From NCBI RefSeq assembly GCF_001194135.2, contig NC_068990.1:30244227-30308226 (forward strand): DNA of 64,000 nt. The letters run 5' to 3'. The notes below the pieces were generated by a model. The model searched no databases. It was not told where the DNA came from and saw nothing but the letters and a program-made list of their open reading frames with translations. This DNA comes from Octopus bimaculoides. Its lineage: Eukaryota. The position numbers and the translations under genes were made by a program. Positions 43,190-56,600 of this stretch are shown piece by piece. Numbering within the stretch: position 1 is the first letter of the stretch; every line of letters starts with the position of its first letter.

Positions 43190-43739
43190 TTAGATATGTT
43201 TCAACCAAAGATTGGTCCAGGCCATGTCTAACTTAATACCACATACATACGACAGGCTTCTTTCAGTTTCTGTCTACCAAACCTACTTACAAGGCCTTGG
43301 TCGGCCCGAGACTATAGTAGGAGGCACTAGCCCAAGGTGCCATGCAGTGGGACTGAACTCAGACCCATGTGGTTGGTAAGTATGCTACCTAACACACTGC
43401 CACTCCTATATTACTGTGTCTGGGGAGAGTCATTCTCTTTTAGTGCCTTTTTACTTAACACATTCACCAGTTCGATTTCCACTCATTTACTTATTTATAT
43501 TTTCTAAAATTTTTGTTGCTTCTTGCGACCTTTTCAATAGCCTTTGACTCTCTCCGTTATTAGAGCTGCATTCTTTCTGTTTGTTTGTTTGAGCACGTGT
43601 GTGTGAGTCAGTGTGCATGAGTATACACATATGTATGTATATATGTATATATATATATATAGATATGTATGTATGTATGTACACGTAAACATGATCTAGC
43701 AGGCTTCCATAGTCAGTGGTGGGTTTTTGGATGACTCAG

Positions 43740-44200
43740 ACCATGTCTAATTTAATAGCACCACCTGGTAAAGATACACAGTCAGCTCTGGAGAACCATA
43801 GCCCATTCAAGCAAAGAGTTATTGTTTTCAGAGACATATCTGGCTGTGGGTAGTTTATCTGGTATTTGTTGGGGGTAATCATCTAGGGATCGTTTGAATA
43901 CTGTGAAGTCACTTTCCTCCTTTATGTGTGTCTGGCACGATGTTGAAGAGAGCAGGGCCAATTGAGGTGAAACAGTTCTGTCATAGTGTTGTGATACGAC
44001 ATGGCATAGAATAAGCCAAAGGTCACTGGTTATGCAAATTCTTTGTAAGTAGGGCAACCATTTATTTCATAGAGTTTATTAAGTTCTGCTTCCATTGGTT
44101 AAATGACTGTGAGAAGAAGAGCAAACAAACAGAAAATCCTGCTTCTAAATATGTCATAGTGTTGTGTAGTGGACGGATGGCATGGGGCCCAGGCCTCGGA
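43740..44200 (-). mobile_element. CR1/L2-group LINE 3' remnant, interrupted by an insertion
   Basis: HIKEESDFTVFKRSLDDYPQQIPDKLPTARYVSENNNSLLEW resembles the FKxxLDxxLxxIPDxP...NSL C-terminus of this group. Confidence 0.6.
44000..44153 (-). repeat. 154 bp inverted copy of 42350-42503
   Basis: Reverse complement of 42350-42503 with 3 mismatches. Bracketed by direct repeats TCATAGTGTTGTG at 43981-43993 and 44154-44166. Confidence 0.9.
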
Positions 44201-44344
44201 CGAATTTTAAAGATGGCCAATGTTAATGGAATATTTTCCACATCATACAGATGATATAAAGCTCACAGCAGCGGTGGAGGGAGCAAAGCCTGAGCTTTTT
44301 GAATCGATCTCAATAGTCAAGGCTTGTCATGTCATCCTCCGCAG

Positions 44345-44722
44345 ACCTCCGCCAAGCAGCTCATTTTCAGATAGATACGCGAGTAAAATTACTAATGGAG
44401 AAATGAAAATAAACTTTGGAAGCAGCAACACCGCCATAGGTTACATGGAAACAATGAACGTGTTTTCAAGGGAGATAATCGAAGAATGTAACATTGTAAT
44501 ACTTCATGTAAAGTAAATATAACAAATGAAAAATCCTTCAAGAATCCATAAAAATTTCCGGATTGCTACCAAAATTTCATCTGTTCCTTGTGTCATTACC
44601 AACTTTTCCTGCAAGTTTCATCAAATACCGTTCACAACTTTTTGAGTTATTTGCACAAAGACGGACAGACGGAGGGACAAACCAACGCCAATGAAAACAT
44701 AACCTCTTTCCTTGGCAGAGGT
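44345..44722 (+). mobile_element. Helentron-associated (HINE/DINE-1-like) non-autonomous element
   Basis: Inverted pair ACCTCCGCCAAG (44345-44356) and CTTGGCAGAGGT (44711-44722), a GACA-like microsatellite and a terminal ACCTC...GAGGT hairpin. Confidence 0.5.
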
Positions 44723-44724
44723 AA

Positions 44725-44756
<32 letters not shown>

Positions 44757-45528
44757 GTTTGCTTACAATGGATCCATAAAGAATCAAGGCATATTAAAGT
44801 GAAGCATGCCGCTAATTGGCTAGACAGACTTACAAAGAGCTGACAGTGAAGTAACCCTTTAGCCTAGTGCAGAAGGCATCAGTGAAATCAAAACAGAGTT
44901 GTTGGGTAATCTGCAATTCCAATGATAACCAAAGTATTCAATGGAAATTAAATCTTTGAGTCTGGCATAAAATATTAATAAAATCAAATGAGTTTCTAAG
45001 TGTTGCTACAATTGTTTTATTTCTTTTATTTTGATGTAAGCATAACAGAGACTTGGAAACAACTTCCCAGTGTAAGCGCAATCAGTCAAAAACTCTGCAT
45101 ATTGGATGCCAGTAGGTTTCAGGGCTCATCAGGAAAGAATATGCACCATTTTGGGCCTTCCTCGCAATGACTTTACAATGCACTGGCTCCCTTCACTGAT
45201 GCAAAACCCCACCTACTGTTTTGACTGACCTGTCTTCAACCTCAAGTCCATTTCGGGTCCATCACTTGTCCAGCCAGGTTTCATCCTTCTTTTTCAGCCA
45301 TATCCAGTGATGGCCCTCTCAACTGTCACCTAGATCTCCTTTAAGATGACACTTGCTGATGTTGGACACCAACTGATAGCAGCCACTGTCTCAGTCTGGT
45401 CCCAATAAAACCCCTACATCTAGCTTCTACAGAAAAGTATACCATGCTCCAACCAGCATTTATCCAGTCTTCCAGTGGTGCCTTATAATGCTCGTCTCCT
45501 CTAATCCGGGAAACATCTCAATTATTGT

Positions 45529-45887
45529 AAAGATTGTTTGCCAACATAACAGTCCTGGTTTAGGACGAACGTTGCTGTAATTTAGCCCCAAGTGACATTA
45601 TCTGCAGCTGGCTATACGACATGATCTGTGTCCTTATATTTTAACCCGGAAATCATGGTACACAGATATTGTTTTGAGCTGAGTGGGGGTGCTAGATTCC
45701 CTTGTTCGAAAATATAAGGACACAGATCGTGTCATATAGCCAGCTGGAGACCATGTCTCCTGGGGCTAAATTACAGCAACATTCATCCTAAACCAAGACT
45801 GCCATGTTATGTTGGCAAACAATCTTTACTCCAAAGTACTGTTGCTGAATATCTCTCGTTGTGAGATTTACAAATAGTAATTTTCTA
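45529..45887 (+). mobile_element. Palindromic retroposon, copy C
   Basis: Both arms are present, with a deletion removing the CTGATGA half of the loop. TSD ATCTCAATT(A/G)TTGT at 45515-45528 and 45888-45901. Confidence 0.8.
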
Positions 45888-48800
45888 ATCTCAATTGTTG
45901 TCATGTATAACTATTGATTCAGCAAGGCGTGTTGTCTTGTGTTCCTCACACCATATTGTCACATCCGGGTTCTTAAATGAAATTATGCAACACACTATAC
46001 AACTCTGAAGCTCGTCAAATAATTTCATTAATCTTACATCAAAATAAAAATTAACAAAACAGTTGTAGCAACACTTGGAAACTGATTCGTTTGTTTATTA
46101 CACCCCCACCCTCATACACACCCCTACCCCCCATACACACACATAGTTAATGTTTATTTATATATAAAGTAAAATATAAGCATGGCTGTGTGGTAAGAAG
46201 TTTGCTTCCCAACCATGTGATTTCTGGTTCAGTCCCAGCGAGTGACACTTTGAACATATCTTCTGCTATAGTACCAAGCTTACCAAAGCTTTATGAGTGG
46301 ATTTAGTTGAAGGGAACCGAAAGAAGCCCACCTTATATTTATAGTGAGCCATATATATATATGTGGCCGAGCTCCTTTCGAGTGTTGGGCCTCATGGAGG
46401 CAAATACCAAGACTTTTGACATTATGTCATGCTTAGGAAGAAGACCCATCAAGCCAAGCAAAATCACAGTCTTGGCAGATACTGGTGGCATGCAAATGGC
46501 ACTCGTGTTGGTGGCACGCAAAAGCACCCATTACACTCTCAGAGTGGTTGGCATCAGGAAGGGCATCCAGCCATAAAAAAACCATGCCAAATCAGACTGG
46601 ATCCTGGCGCAGCCTCCCAGCATGCCAACCCAGTCAAACTGTTCAACCCATGCCAGTATGGACAATGGACATCAAATAATGATGAAGATAATGATGATAT
46701 ATATAAATATCAAGGACATGCCACCTGGGTAGGCAAGGTAGGCAGTGCCTAACTTTGAATAAAATAGATCAATAGCAACTAGAACAACATGAAGTGAAGT
46801 ATTTTGCTCAAGAACACAACACACGGCCCAGTCCAGGAATTGAAACCTTTGTCTAACAATCTTGAGTACAATAGCCTTACCACTAAGCCTGTGTGTGTGT
46901 GTGTGTGTGTGTGTTTATGGAAGGCAGCTTTTATCATCAAATTAAACAATTTTCTATGTAAAAAGATAACCTCCCCCCCCCCCACACACACACGACTGCA
47001 TTATCTGAAAGGAAAATAATTTTATGAAAACAGAAAAAATAAATAAAGAGATTTCACTCCCTGAGTGTTTATGTTTGTCGCTGGAAATAGATTTGGGGTC
47101 CCCTAGATTTGGTGTAATTCTAGAACACCACAGAGCAGGCATTTTTTTCCTCCCTCCATCTCAGCCGGAATTTCGTAACTGGTTATTTTTGACAAGAATT
47201 TTGGTAAAGTTTTGTGATGAGAATTAATAATCTTTATTGTTGTTTAAACCCTGGTAGTCATCAGTAGAGGAAGGCATTCCAATTGTGACCATCCCATCTT
47301 TAATGTACCTTGAAATACATTATTTAGGGTATCCTTCTCCTTTCAAGGTATTAATATATGCATTTGAGGGTGATTCAGTTGTTATTCAGATTTCATAATA
47401 AAACTGTAAAAGAGATAATGTAAACATAGGACAATGTACTGACGTGGATGTGTGGAAAGAAGTTTGCCTTCTAACTACATGGTTCTGGGTTCAGTCCCAC
47501 TCTGTGGTACCTTGGGCAGTTTGTCTTCTATTAAAGCCTCCAGCCAACCAAACTTTTGTGAGTGGATTTAGTAGGCAGAAACTGGAAAGAAGCCCATTGT
47601 GTGTGTGTGTGTGTTAGTATCTCTATTCGTCCCCCTCCACCACTTGATAACTGGTGTTGGTGTGTTTACATCCCCATAACTTAGCAGTTCACAAAAGAGA
47701 CCGATAGAATAAGTACCAGGCTTTAAAAAAACATTAAGTACTGGGGTTGATGCATTCAACTAAAAATTCTTCAAAGCAGTGCCCCAGCATGGCCACAGTC
47801 TAATGACCGAAACAAGTAAAAGATAAAAGATAAAGGATAAACATTTGAGGGAGATTTGGCTGTTATTTCAGATACCAAGTAAACAATAACAGAAACAAGA
47901 GATAATGCAAATATAGGATGTAATGGTTGTCTGGTAAAATATTTTACAGAGAGAATGGTATCTGCATCAGATGACAAAATGTATTTGACAGAAGAGTGAG
48001 GAAATATAAAGTGAGTATGACCTGGTTGTTTGTACCACTCTTTCACAAATTGTTTTAGGTGCCTGTGTAGTCAGAAGCACCATCTAACCTTTCCTACATA
48101 ATGGAATATCAAGGATGTGACTGCTGGAGGGAGGAGGAGAGGTGGAGAGTTCCCTAGCAACAGGCTAGTATCCATTTACAGCTGAATAGACTGGAGTAAT
48201 GGGTGAATGGAATGTCTTGGTCAAGGGTATAATGTACTATCTGACTCAGGAATTGAACCCATGAGCTTATGATAGTGAGCCCAACACACTAGTCATTGGG
48301 CTTTTGCCTTCACTAAAGAAATATACAATAACAATATCTAACAAAACTGATATGTTCTACAGAATGGTTAATCCCTCTTGTGTATAAAGACACAAGAATG
48401 GGTTGAGATGGAGGGAGTGGAGATTGGCAGATGATGGTTCCTTGGGGAAGATCTGTGGAACATTGGGCATTAAAGAATGTGTGTGTGTATGCATATGAGT
48501 ACATGTGAAGTTTGTCAATATTGCTTCTTCACAAGAGACTAGTTGTGCTAAAAACAGAGTCATTATGTTAACATTCCCAGTTGACATTTCATCCTGTAGT
48601 TCTACAGTTTTAGAACTTAATGAAATAATAAAGCATCCCTTATTTGTAAGGCATGTAAGAGTTGGTGACAGGAAGAGCACCCAGCCTTAAAATATTTGCC
48701 ACAAAAAGTATTTATTTGTCCAACCTTTGCTAGTATAGAAAGAAATGGTTGTAAAATAAGCAAAATCACATAATGGTAAATTCTCTCCCTAAACGGCAAA

Positions 48801-49902
48801 ATATCTCACACAGCAGCAGAATAGTTCATGGAACTGGTAAATATCACAAGGAATGGTAAAATATTTTGATGAATGGTCACTATTTTACAGAATTGTAGAA
48901 AAATGTAGCACAGAAGAGCAGCAACATCTCACAGAATATAAAGATACCACAATGGTAAATATGTGAACTAGAAGATTAAAATAACTTTTTTGGAATGTGA
49001 ATGTATTTACAAATGATTAAGAAAACGTGATGGCAGTCATTTTTTTGTACTCTTTGGTTTAGATGGCACCAACGCAGTTTATGTGACTTCATGAGGAAAT
49101 ATCAGAATAAAGAATTAGTAATTTCGCTTCCAACCTCTTCACATTCTCCACGGCCATCATCATCATCATCACCACTACCATCATTATCATAATCAGTTAT
49201 TGTTATTACTCTCATTATTATCATATTAAAAGCTTCCTCTTCTTCCTCCTCCTCCTCATCATTATCCCCACTAATACCATTACAAATATCCTCCATTGAC
49301 CAAAGTCACCCACAAATCTGCTCTCACACCACCCTGCTTCACTCCAGTCTCCTTACTACTGCATATGCTAAGCACCTAAGTTCATCATTGTCACTGTCAC
49401 CACCACCAACACCATCATCACCATATCACTGTCTTCCTTGCAACAATGGGTTGGTTGGTTCAACAAAATCTGACATGAAAGCGAAATCGTGATGGCACCT
49501 GTGCCGAGCATCGCCTTCCTGGCACTTGTGCCGGATGGCAAGTGTAAAGACATTCGAGCGAGATCATTGCCAATGCCGCCGAACTGGCTCCTGTGCAGGT
49601 GACACGTAAAATACACCATTCTGAGCATGGCCGTTGCCAGTACTGCCTGACTGGCCTTCGTGCCGGTGGCACGTAAAAGTACCTACTACACTCTCGGAGT
49701 GGTTGGCATTAGGAAGGGCATCCAGCTGTAGAAACTCTGCCAAATCAGATTGGAACCTGGTGTAGCCGTCTGGTTTCACCAGTCCTCAGTCAAATCGTCC
49801 AACCCATGCTAGCATGGAAAGTGGACGTTAAACGACAATGATGATGATGATGAAACATGAATATTATTCACAGTGACTTTGAAACTTAAGAATAACAAAT
49901 AT

Positions 49903-50060
49903 CATGTCATATAGCCAGATGGAGACGATGTCTCCTGGGGCTAAATTACAGCAACATTCATCCTAAACCAGGACTGCCATGTTATGTTGGCAAACAATCT
50001 TTACTCCAAAGTACTGTTGCTGAATATCTCTTGTTGTGAGATTTAAAAATAGTAATTTTC
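49903..50060 (+). mobile_element. Palindromic retroposon, copy D (5'-truncated)
   Basis: Only part of the right arm and the tail remain. TSD TAACAAATAT at 49893-49902 and 50061-50070. Confidence 0.8.
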
Positions 50061-50084
50061 TAACAAATATATATGTGCATGCAT

Positions 50085-50129
<45 letters not shown>

Positions 50130-52300
50130 AGGCTTTTTTCAGTTTCCGTCTACCAAATCCACTCACAAGGCATGCGTGCATGTGGGTCCCTTAAAATTGT
50201 TGCCCTTGTGCCTAACTTTGAAACCAAAGTTACCTGTATTTCTTTTTGCCCTTTTGCCCTTTGAAAACACAAAAGTAGAAATTAAAATTGATTTCCTTAT
50301 AGTTTCCAAACATGATGTCTTGTGGTTAACGGCATGTATATTCTTATTAGTATTGTGTCAGTATGTTTGTCTGTAGCAAAAGCAGTCTACATAGCTGTAA
50401 ATAGGTGCCATTTAAAAGAAACAAATTACCACTGCGGACCATCTGCAACTGTGATCATAAATTAAGAAAATCCAAGAGTGTTTAATGCAGACTTTGTTCT
50501 AGACATGTTAACTACAGGAAGACGGAGTTTGCAGCAGTTCTTGGTTGATACTCTAGATTATGGAACCCACCACCACCACCACCAAGCCCCTAAAATGTAG
50601 ATTATCCGCTAATATGAGAAAGAATGTGTGACAAGGCTTAACACACAAAACCACTGTCATCATCACCACCAACACCATTAGCATTTTTATGTCCCATTTC
50701 CAGCTTCTCATGATTAGGACAGGTCATCATAATCCAACCTAATTCTTATTTGGAGTTATTTCTCCTCCAGATGACTTGAGGATTATGTCTCATCCATAAA
50801 TCACAAAATTAATTGAAACAAAGTCATCATATCTCAACAGAAATAGGGTAATAAAAAGGTTAATTGTAAAGAGATTCCAGCTTTTGTTCACATCGAAGCA
50901 CCAGTGCTGGTGTCTTATCATTGAAAATGCCAGAGAGTGAATACCAAAAGACACTGCAAATTTTAGGATTTCTTTTAAAGAAGACATTGGAATCGTTTCC
51001 AGTGCCAAAACTTCAAGTCCATCAGATAACCTGAACCTTATATTCCTCACTGCAAGCGAACACAAACATTTGTCAGTTATGCAATCTTTCAACCTACTTG
51101 TCTTACACAACCATTCCTGTGTATTGTAACTATTTATAGTTTGGTGAATTTAGAGTTAAAAGAAGCAAATATCTTGGCCATAAACACAACAGAGCAACAA
51201 AGACTGGCTGTACACCATTCACCTTTTAGCAGGTAGACTAATAACCTATCAAATCAAAAAGCAATAGATCTTAGTTTCCTGTATATTCTTTGATAAAATC
51301 TTAATTTCTTTAGAAACAAAAAGTTATTCTTTAACACAGGAGTGAGATTATTAGAAACTTCAAAGATTATCAGAGAATTTCAAGAAGTTGAAGCCAGTTA
51401 ACAAAGAACTTTAGGTAGTGGAGTCTGCCTATTCCTGTCTGGTCTGCTAAAACTGAATATCAGTATTTATTTATCAGTTTGATATGTAAATGTTAGGATG
51501 TCTATTAGCCTTAACAAATCCTGCTCAAAGTGATAACAATCAAACTTGGTTTATATTCATACGATGGGTTAGCAGTTACAGTAGAGCAGAGAACAGCATG
51601 CAGGCAGTTGTAACACTAACACACACACACACACGCACACACACACACACGCACACACACACACACACTGCAACTGTCTGCCAATGTGGAGATAAAGTTC
51701 ACCGACATGATGTGTTTGTCTTTCCTTTCTGGGCAATTTGACTTTCTTCTCTGCCTTGTTTATACTCAGGCACATCTACAAAACACGTAGATGTCTTTAG
51801 CAGACACATGAACACAAGCATGCAGGCACATACATATCTTTACCTATATACAATCACATCACACACACACACACACATCTTTTATCCTTTACTTGTTTCA
51901 GTCATTGGACTGCAGCCATGCTGGGGCAACACCTTGAAGAAATTTTAGTCAAATGAATCAAATCAGTACTTTCTTTTTTAAAGCCTGATGCTTATTCTGT
52001 CAGTCTCTTTTACTGAACTGTAACCACACCAACACCAGTTATCAAGCAGTGGTGGGAGACAAACATAGATACACACACACACACAATCATATATACATGA
52101 CTTCCACTTCTAGTTTCTGTCTACCACATTCACTGACAAGGCTTTGGTCAGTCCAAGGTTACAGCAGAAGAAACTTGCTTATGGTGCTACGCAGTAAGAC
52201 TGAACCCAGGACCATGTGATTGGAAAATAAGTTCCTTACCACACAGCCATGCCTATATGTGTGTGTGTGTGTGTGTGCGTGCGTGCGCGTGCGTGTGTAA

Positions 52301-52680
52301 TATAAAAAAAATGGAGAGTTTGAACACAGAAAAAATCAATTTATTTATATAGTACTCAATTTCATATCGTCTACGCCCGTTTTAGTTTCTCAAATTATTC
52401 ATATTTTGCAATTAAGATTGCATTATGCATATAAAAGGTAAAAACCTCTTCAGGGCAGAAAATTGACAAATATTCATTCATATCTTAATGGATGGAAAAT
52501 TGCTTACCAACTGAATATTTGTCAGTTTTTCGTCCTGAAGAAATTTTTACCTTTTAAATGCCTAATGCAATTTTAATTGCAAAATATGAATCAAGGTGAG
52601 AAATTGAAATGTATGAAGATGACTATTATATAAATAAATTGATTCTTTTCTGTGGTCAAACTCTCCATTTTCTTTATATA
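52301..52680. mobile_element. Older palindromic MITE, probably Tc1/mariner-type
   Basis: Outer arms aaaatggagagtttg..cacagaa and ttctgtggtcaaactctccatttt, with inner arms around a ~35 nt loop. TA occurs at both ends. Confidence 0.6.
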
Positions 52681-53029
52681 ATATCATTAAAATTCTGTTC
52701 TCTTATAATGATAACTGGAACCTCATAAGTGTTAATAATAATACTAACACAAACTAATGAATTCCAAGTATATAAATCAATATGGAGCTAAACCGGTGTA
52801 AGCTTGGATAAAATACATCCCTGTGAAAGAGCAGCCTCTTTCCATTCCATTCAAAACTTTATAGAGAGAGAGAGAGAGAGAGAGANNNNNNNNNNNNNNN
52901 NNNNNNNNNNNNNNNNNNNNNNNNNNNNNNNNNNNNNNNNNNNNNNNNNNNNNNNNNNNNNNNNNNNNNNNNNNNNNNNNNNNNNNNNNNNNNNNNNNNN
53001 NNNNNNNNNNNNNNNNNNNNNNNNNNNGG

Positions 53030-53330
53030 ATCTTAAAATGTCTTATGAGGCTTCTGTTAGATTTGCAGACTTTATGGCATACATGGCATTAAAAGGTGTG
53101 CACAGACATAAAGGCAGAATAGTTGGTGGAGGTTCGTTTTCCATGGGACCGCAAATGAGATTTGGGCCCAGCAAAAGAAAGCCATGGTCTGTCATAAATT
53201 GTGCACACAAAAAGGTCATTGTGATTCACCTTCTTGATTGGAACATTCTTCTTGAAATCTCTCTCGAGTTTTGCATGCATTATCCTGGCCTCTTCAAACA
53301 CTATATACACAGGTTTTCTTCACATATGTA
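53030..53330 (-). mobile_element. LINE (RTE-like) ORF C-terminus with a decayed C2H2 finger
   Basis: FEEARIMHAKLERDFKKNV...FVCTIYDRPWLSFAGPKSHLRSH, where CxxC has become CTIY. Confidence 0.5.
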
Positions 53331-53793
53331 TATACTTATACATCAATGATTATACTATTTGGAGGCAGGTGGAGCAACTGTCTTCTTGCCTTTTATTATA
53401 GCCTTGGGAATTGAGGCAGATGGAATCTGAAAGAAGCCCAGCATGTGTGTGTGTGTGTGTGTGTAATGGGATAACCTGAGAAGTGTCAATAACATAATAT
53501 TAGGTGCCCAGTCCACACTATAAAATTTACACAACAGATTTGGCAAGTTTATGTATGCATGTGTGCCAGGAGATATGGACTGCAATGAATAAGATTCATC
53601 CAATACATGACAGCATGAAAAAGCAGACATGAAATGGTGATGGTGGGATGAGGATGAGGATGAGGAGGAATTGAATATCATTTACTTTTAAAAATAAGCA
53701 TCCATGACTTCAGTCTTGGTAAACAGTTTACCTTGCCTACCTACATAAGCATGTCCCTATCATACACACATTCACACACACACACACATACAA

Positions 53794-53827
<34 letters not shown>

Positions 53828-53912
53828 GGCCAGCAAGACAGACTGATATAGATAGACAGATAAGTAGATGTGTGTGGATAGATATATTTAGACACATACA
53901 CATATATATGCA

Positions 53913-53987
<75 letters not shown>

Positions 53988-54069
53988 AAGTATTCTGTTT
54001 NNNNNNNNNNNNNNNNNNNNNNNNNNNNNNNNNNNNNNNNNNNNNNNNNNNNNNNNNNNNNNNNNNNNN

Positions 54070-54120
<51 letters not shown>

Positions 54121-55116
54121 TACATACCTAAAACCATGGCATTTGTAGACAATCTAAGGTTGTTGTTTAAGAACAATTGGGTGAGGCTAATGTGTTTTGA
54201 AGTGAAATTGTTTCTTGTTTTTTTGTTTTTGTGGAAGTTTGACAAGAAGACATAGCTTGGGAGGGGCGCTTCAGGAGGGGTGCAGGTTTTGTTTTTGGAG
54301 GGGGCGGGTTAAACCAGCATGGTTGTGTGGGACTAAACCTGAATAGGAATGATGAGAGAAAAGGAAATAGCTAAATATTGAACCTGTTGAAGTGAGGGGG
54401 TTGTATGTGAGTCAGAAGATTACAGGCCATTGAAATGGTGTGGAATGAAGCCACCCCTAGAAATACTAGCATTACAGACCACATCCTAGAGACATTCTAC
54501 AACCATTTTTTGCCTTTGGATCCTATATTACTCAGACATTTGATGTTTAAAAAATCCTGTGATGCTTTTATAATTACATATTGTCAGGAATTGAATTAAA
54601 AATATTGTTAAAATATTTGGTTCTGTTATAGAACTAATTTATTGGGCAGAAACTTTAGATGCACCTGTATATTTGTCAGCAGAGTAAGTAGATTATCCAA
54701 AATTTATCGCATTAAATATCCAGATTAGCCACGATGGATATTTGATACTATAAATTTTGGATAATATGTATATATGTGTATATATATATATTATATATTA
54801 CACTCTCGGAGTGGTTGGCATTAGGAAGGGCATCCAGCTGTAGAAACTCTGCCAGATCAGATTGGAGCCTGGTGTAGCCATCTGGATCACCAGTCCTCAG
54901 TCAAATCGTCCAACCCATGCTAGCATGGAAAGCGGATGTTAAATGATAATGATGATGATGTTTTAAATATACTTTTCTAAAGCCTTAACAATACAAGTTA
55001 TAAAAAATTAATACAACAGGTCAATGGTTAGTACTATTACTTGCTATTTCAAAACTAACCATTGACCTGTATTAGTTTCTTTTTATAACTAGCATTGTTT
55101 TGGCTTAAAAAAATAA

Positions 55117-55152
<36 letters not shown>

Positions 55153-56319
55153 CAATGATGCATGAAAACTATATATATATANNNNNNNNNNNNNNNNNNN
55201 NNNNNNNNNNNNNNNNNNNNNNNNNNNNNNNNNNNNNNNNNNNNNNNNNNNNNNNNNNNNNNNNNNNNNNNNNNNNNNNNNNNNNNNNNNNNNNNNNNNN
55301 NNNNNNNNNNNNNNNNNNNNNNNNNNNNNNNNNNNNNNNNNNNNNNNNNNNNNNNNNNNNNNNNNNNNNNNNNNNNNNNNNNNNNNNNNNNNNNNNNNNN
55401 NNNNNNNNNNNNNNNNNNNNNNNNNNNNNNNNNNNNNNNNNNNNNNNNNNNNNNNNNNNNNNNNNNNNNNNNNNNNNNNNNNNNNNNNNNNNNNNNNNNN
55501 NNNNNNNNNNNNNNNNNNNNNNNNNNNNNNNNNNNNNNNNNNNNNNNNNNNNNNNNNNNNNNNNNNNNNNNNNNNNNNNNNNNNNNNNNNNNNNNNNNNN
55601 NNNNNNNNNNNNNNNNNNNNNNNNNNNNNNNNNNNNNNNNNNNNNNNNNNNNNNNNNNNNNNNNNNNNNNNNNNNNNNNNNNNNNNNNNNNNNNNNNNNN
55701 NNNNNNNNNNNNNNNNNNNNNNNNNNNNNNNNNNNNNNNNNNNNNNNNNNNNNNNNNNNNNNNNNNNNNNNNNNNNNNNNNNNNNNNNNNNNNNNNNNNN
55801 NNNNNNNNNNNNNNNNNNNNNNNNNNNNNNNNNNNNNNNNNNNNNNNNNNNNNNNNNNNNNNNNNNNNNNNNNNNNNNNNNNNNNNNNNNNNNNNNNNNN
55901 NNNNNNNNNNNNNNNNNNNNNNNNNNNNNNNNNNNNNNNNNNNNNNNNNNNNNNNNNNNNNNNNNNTTTGTTAATAGTTTGGAAGATATTTAATACCAAC
56001 AGAGAACGAGGTGAGGAAAGTGTACGTATGGGTGGGTGTGTATACTACATACAGGTACAGATATATATCTACATACATATACACACACAAACATATACAC
56101 ACACATATATATACACACACATATATACACACACCTACATCATATCATTTTAACATCTGTTACTCCACACTGACGTAGAACATGTCAGTATATTGAATGA
56201 TGGTTATTATTTATCACATAAATACACATACACGTGTGTACATATACATGCACCCATATACATGTAGACACATACACACATATGAAATGAATCAAGCATG
56301 CTCTCTCTACTGGATGTGT

Positions 56320-56600
56320 AATGGCAGTGTACATGAACTGCCAGAGTACAAATGAGCCGAGAGATAAACTGGGTAGAAAAGAAATCAGGTGGATTTTGCA
56401 AAGCGAGAAGGTTGTGATGCTTTGGGTAGATATATGGAGGCTGATTGCTGAGTAAGGAAGTGCTGAGCCCTGGAGATTAGAGGAACCTGTGGAAAAGGAA
56501 GACCAAAGAAAACTTGGGACAAAGTCGTGAAGAATGGCTTGAAAATGCTGGGTCTTCTGAAGAAGATGAGAAAAAATGTGGTGCCACAGATGTGACAATC
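56320..56600 (+). mobile_element. RTE LINE reverse-transcriptase C-terminal remnant
   Basis: LEIRGTCGKGRPKKTWDKVVKNGLKMLGL. Confidence 0.65.

Noticed and set aside
44220-44516. 98 aa ORF
   Set aside because: No recognisable motif, and it partly overlaps the HINE-like element.
50790-51110. 106 aa minus-strand ORF as an exon of a second gene
   Set aside because: No recognisable domain, no convincing splice-site pair and no partner exons found.
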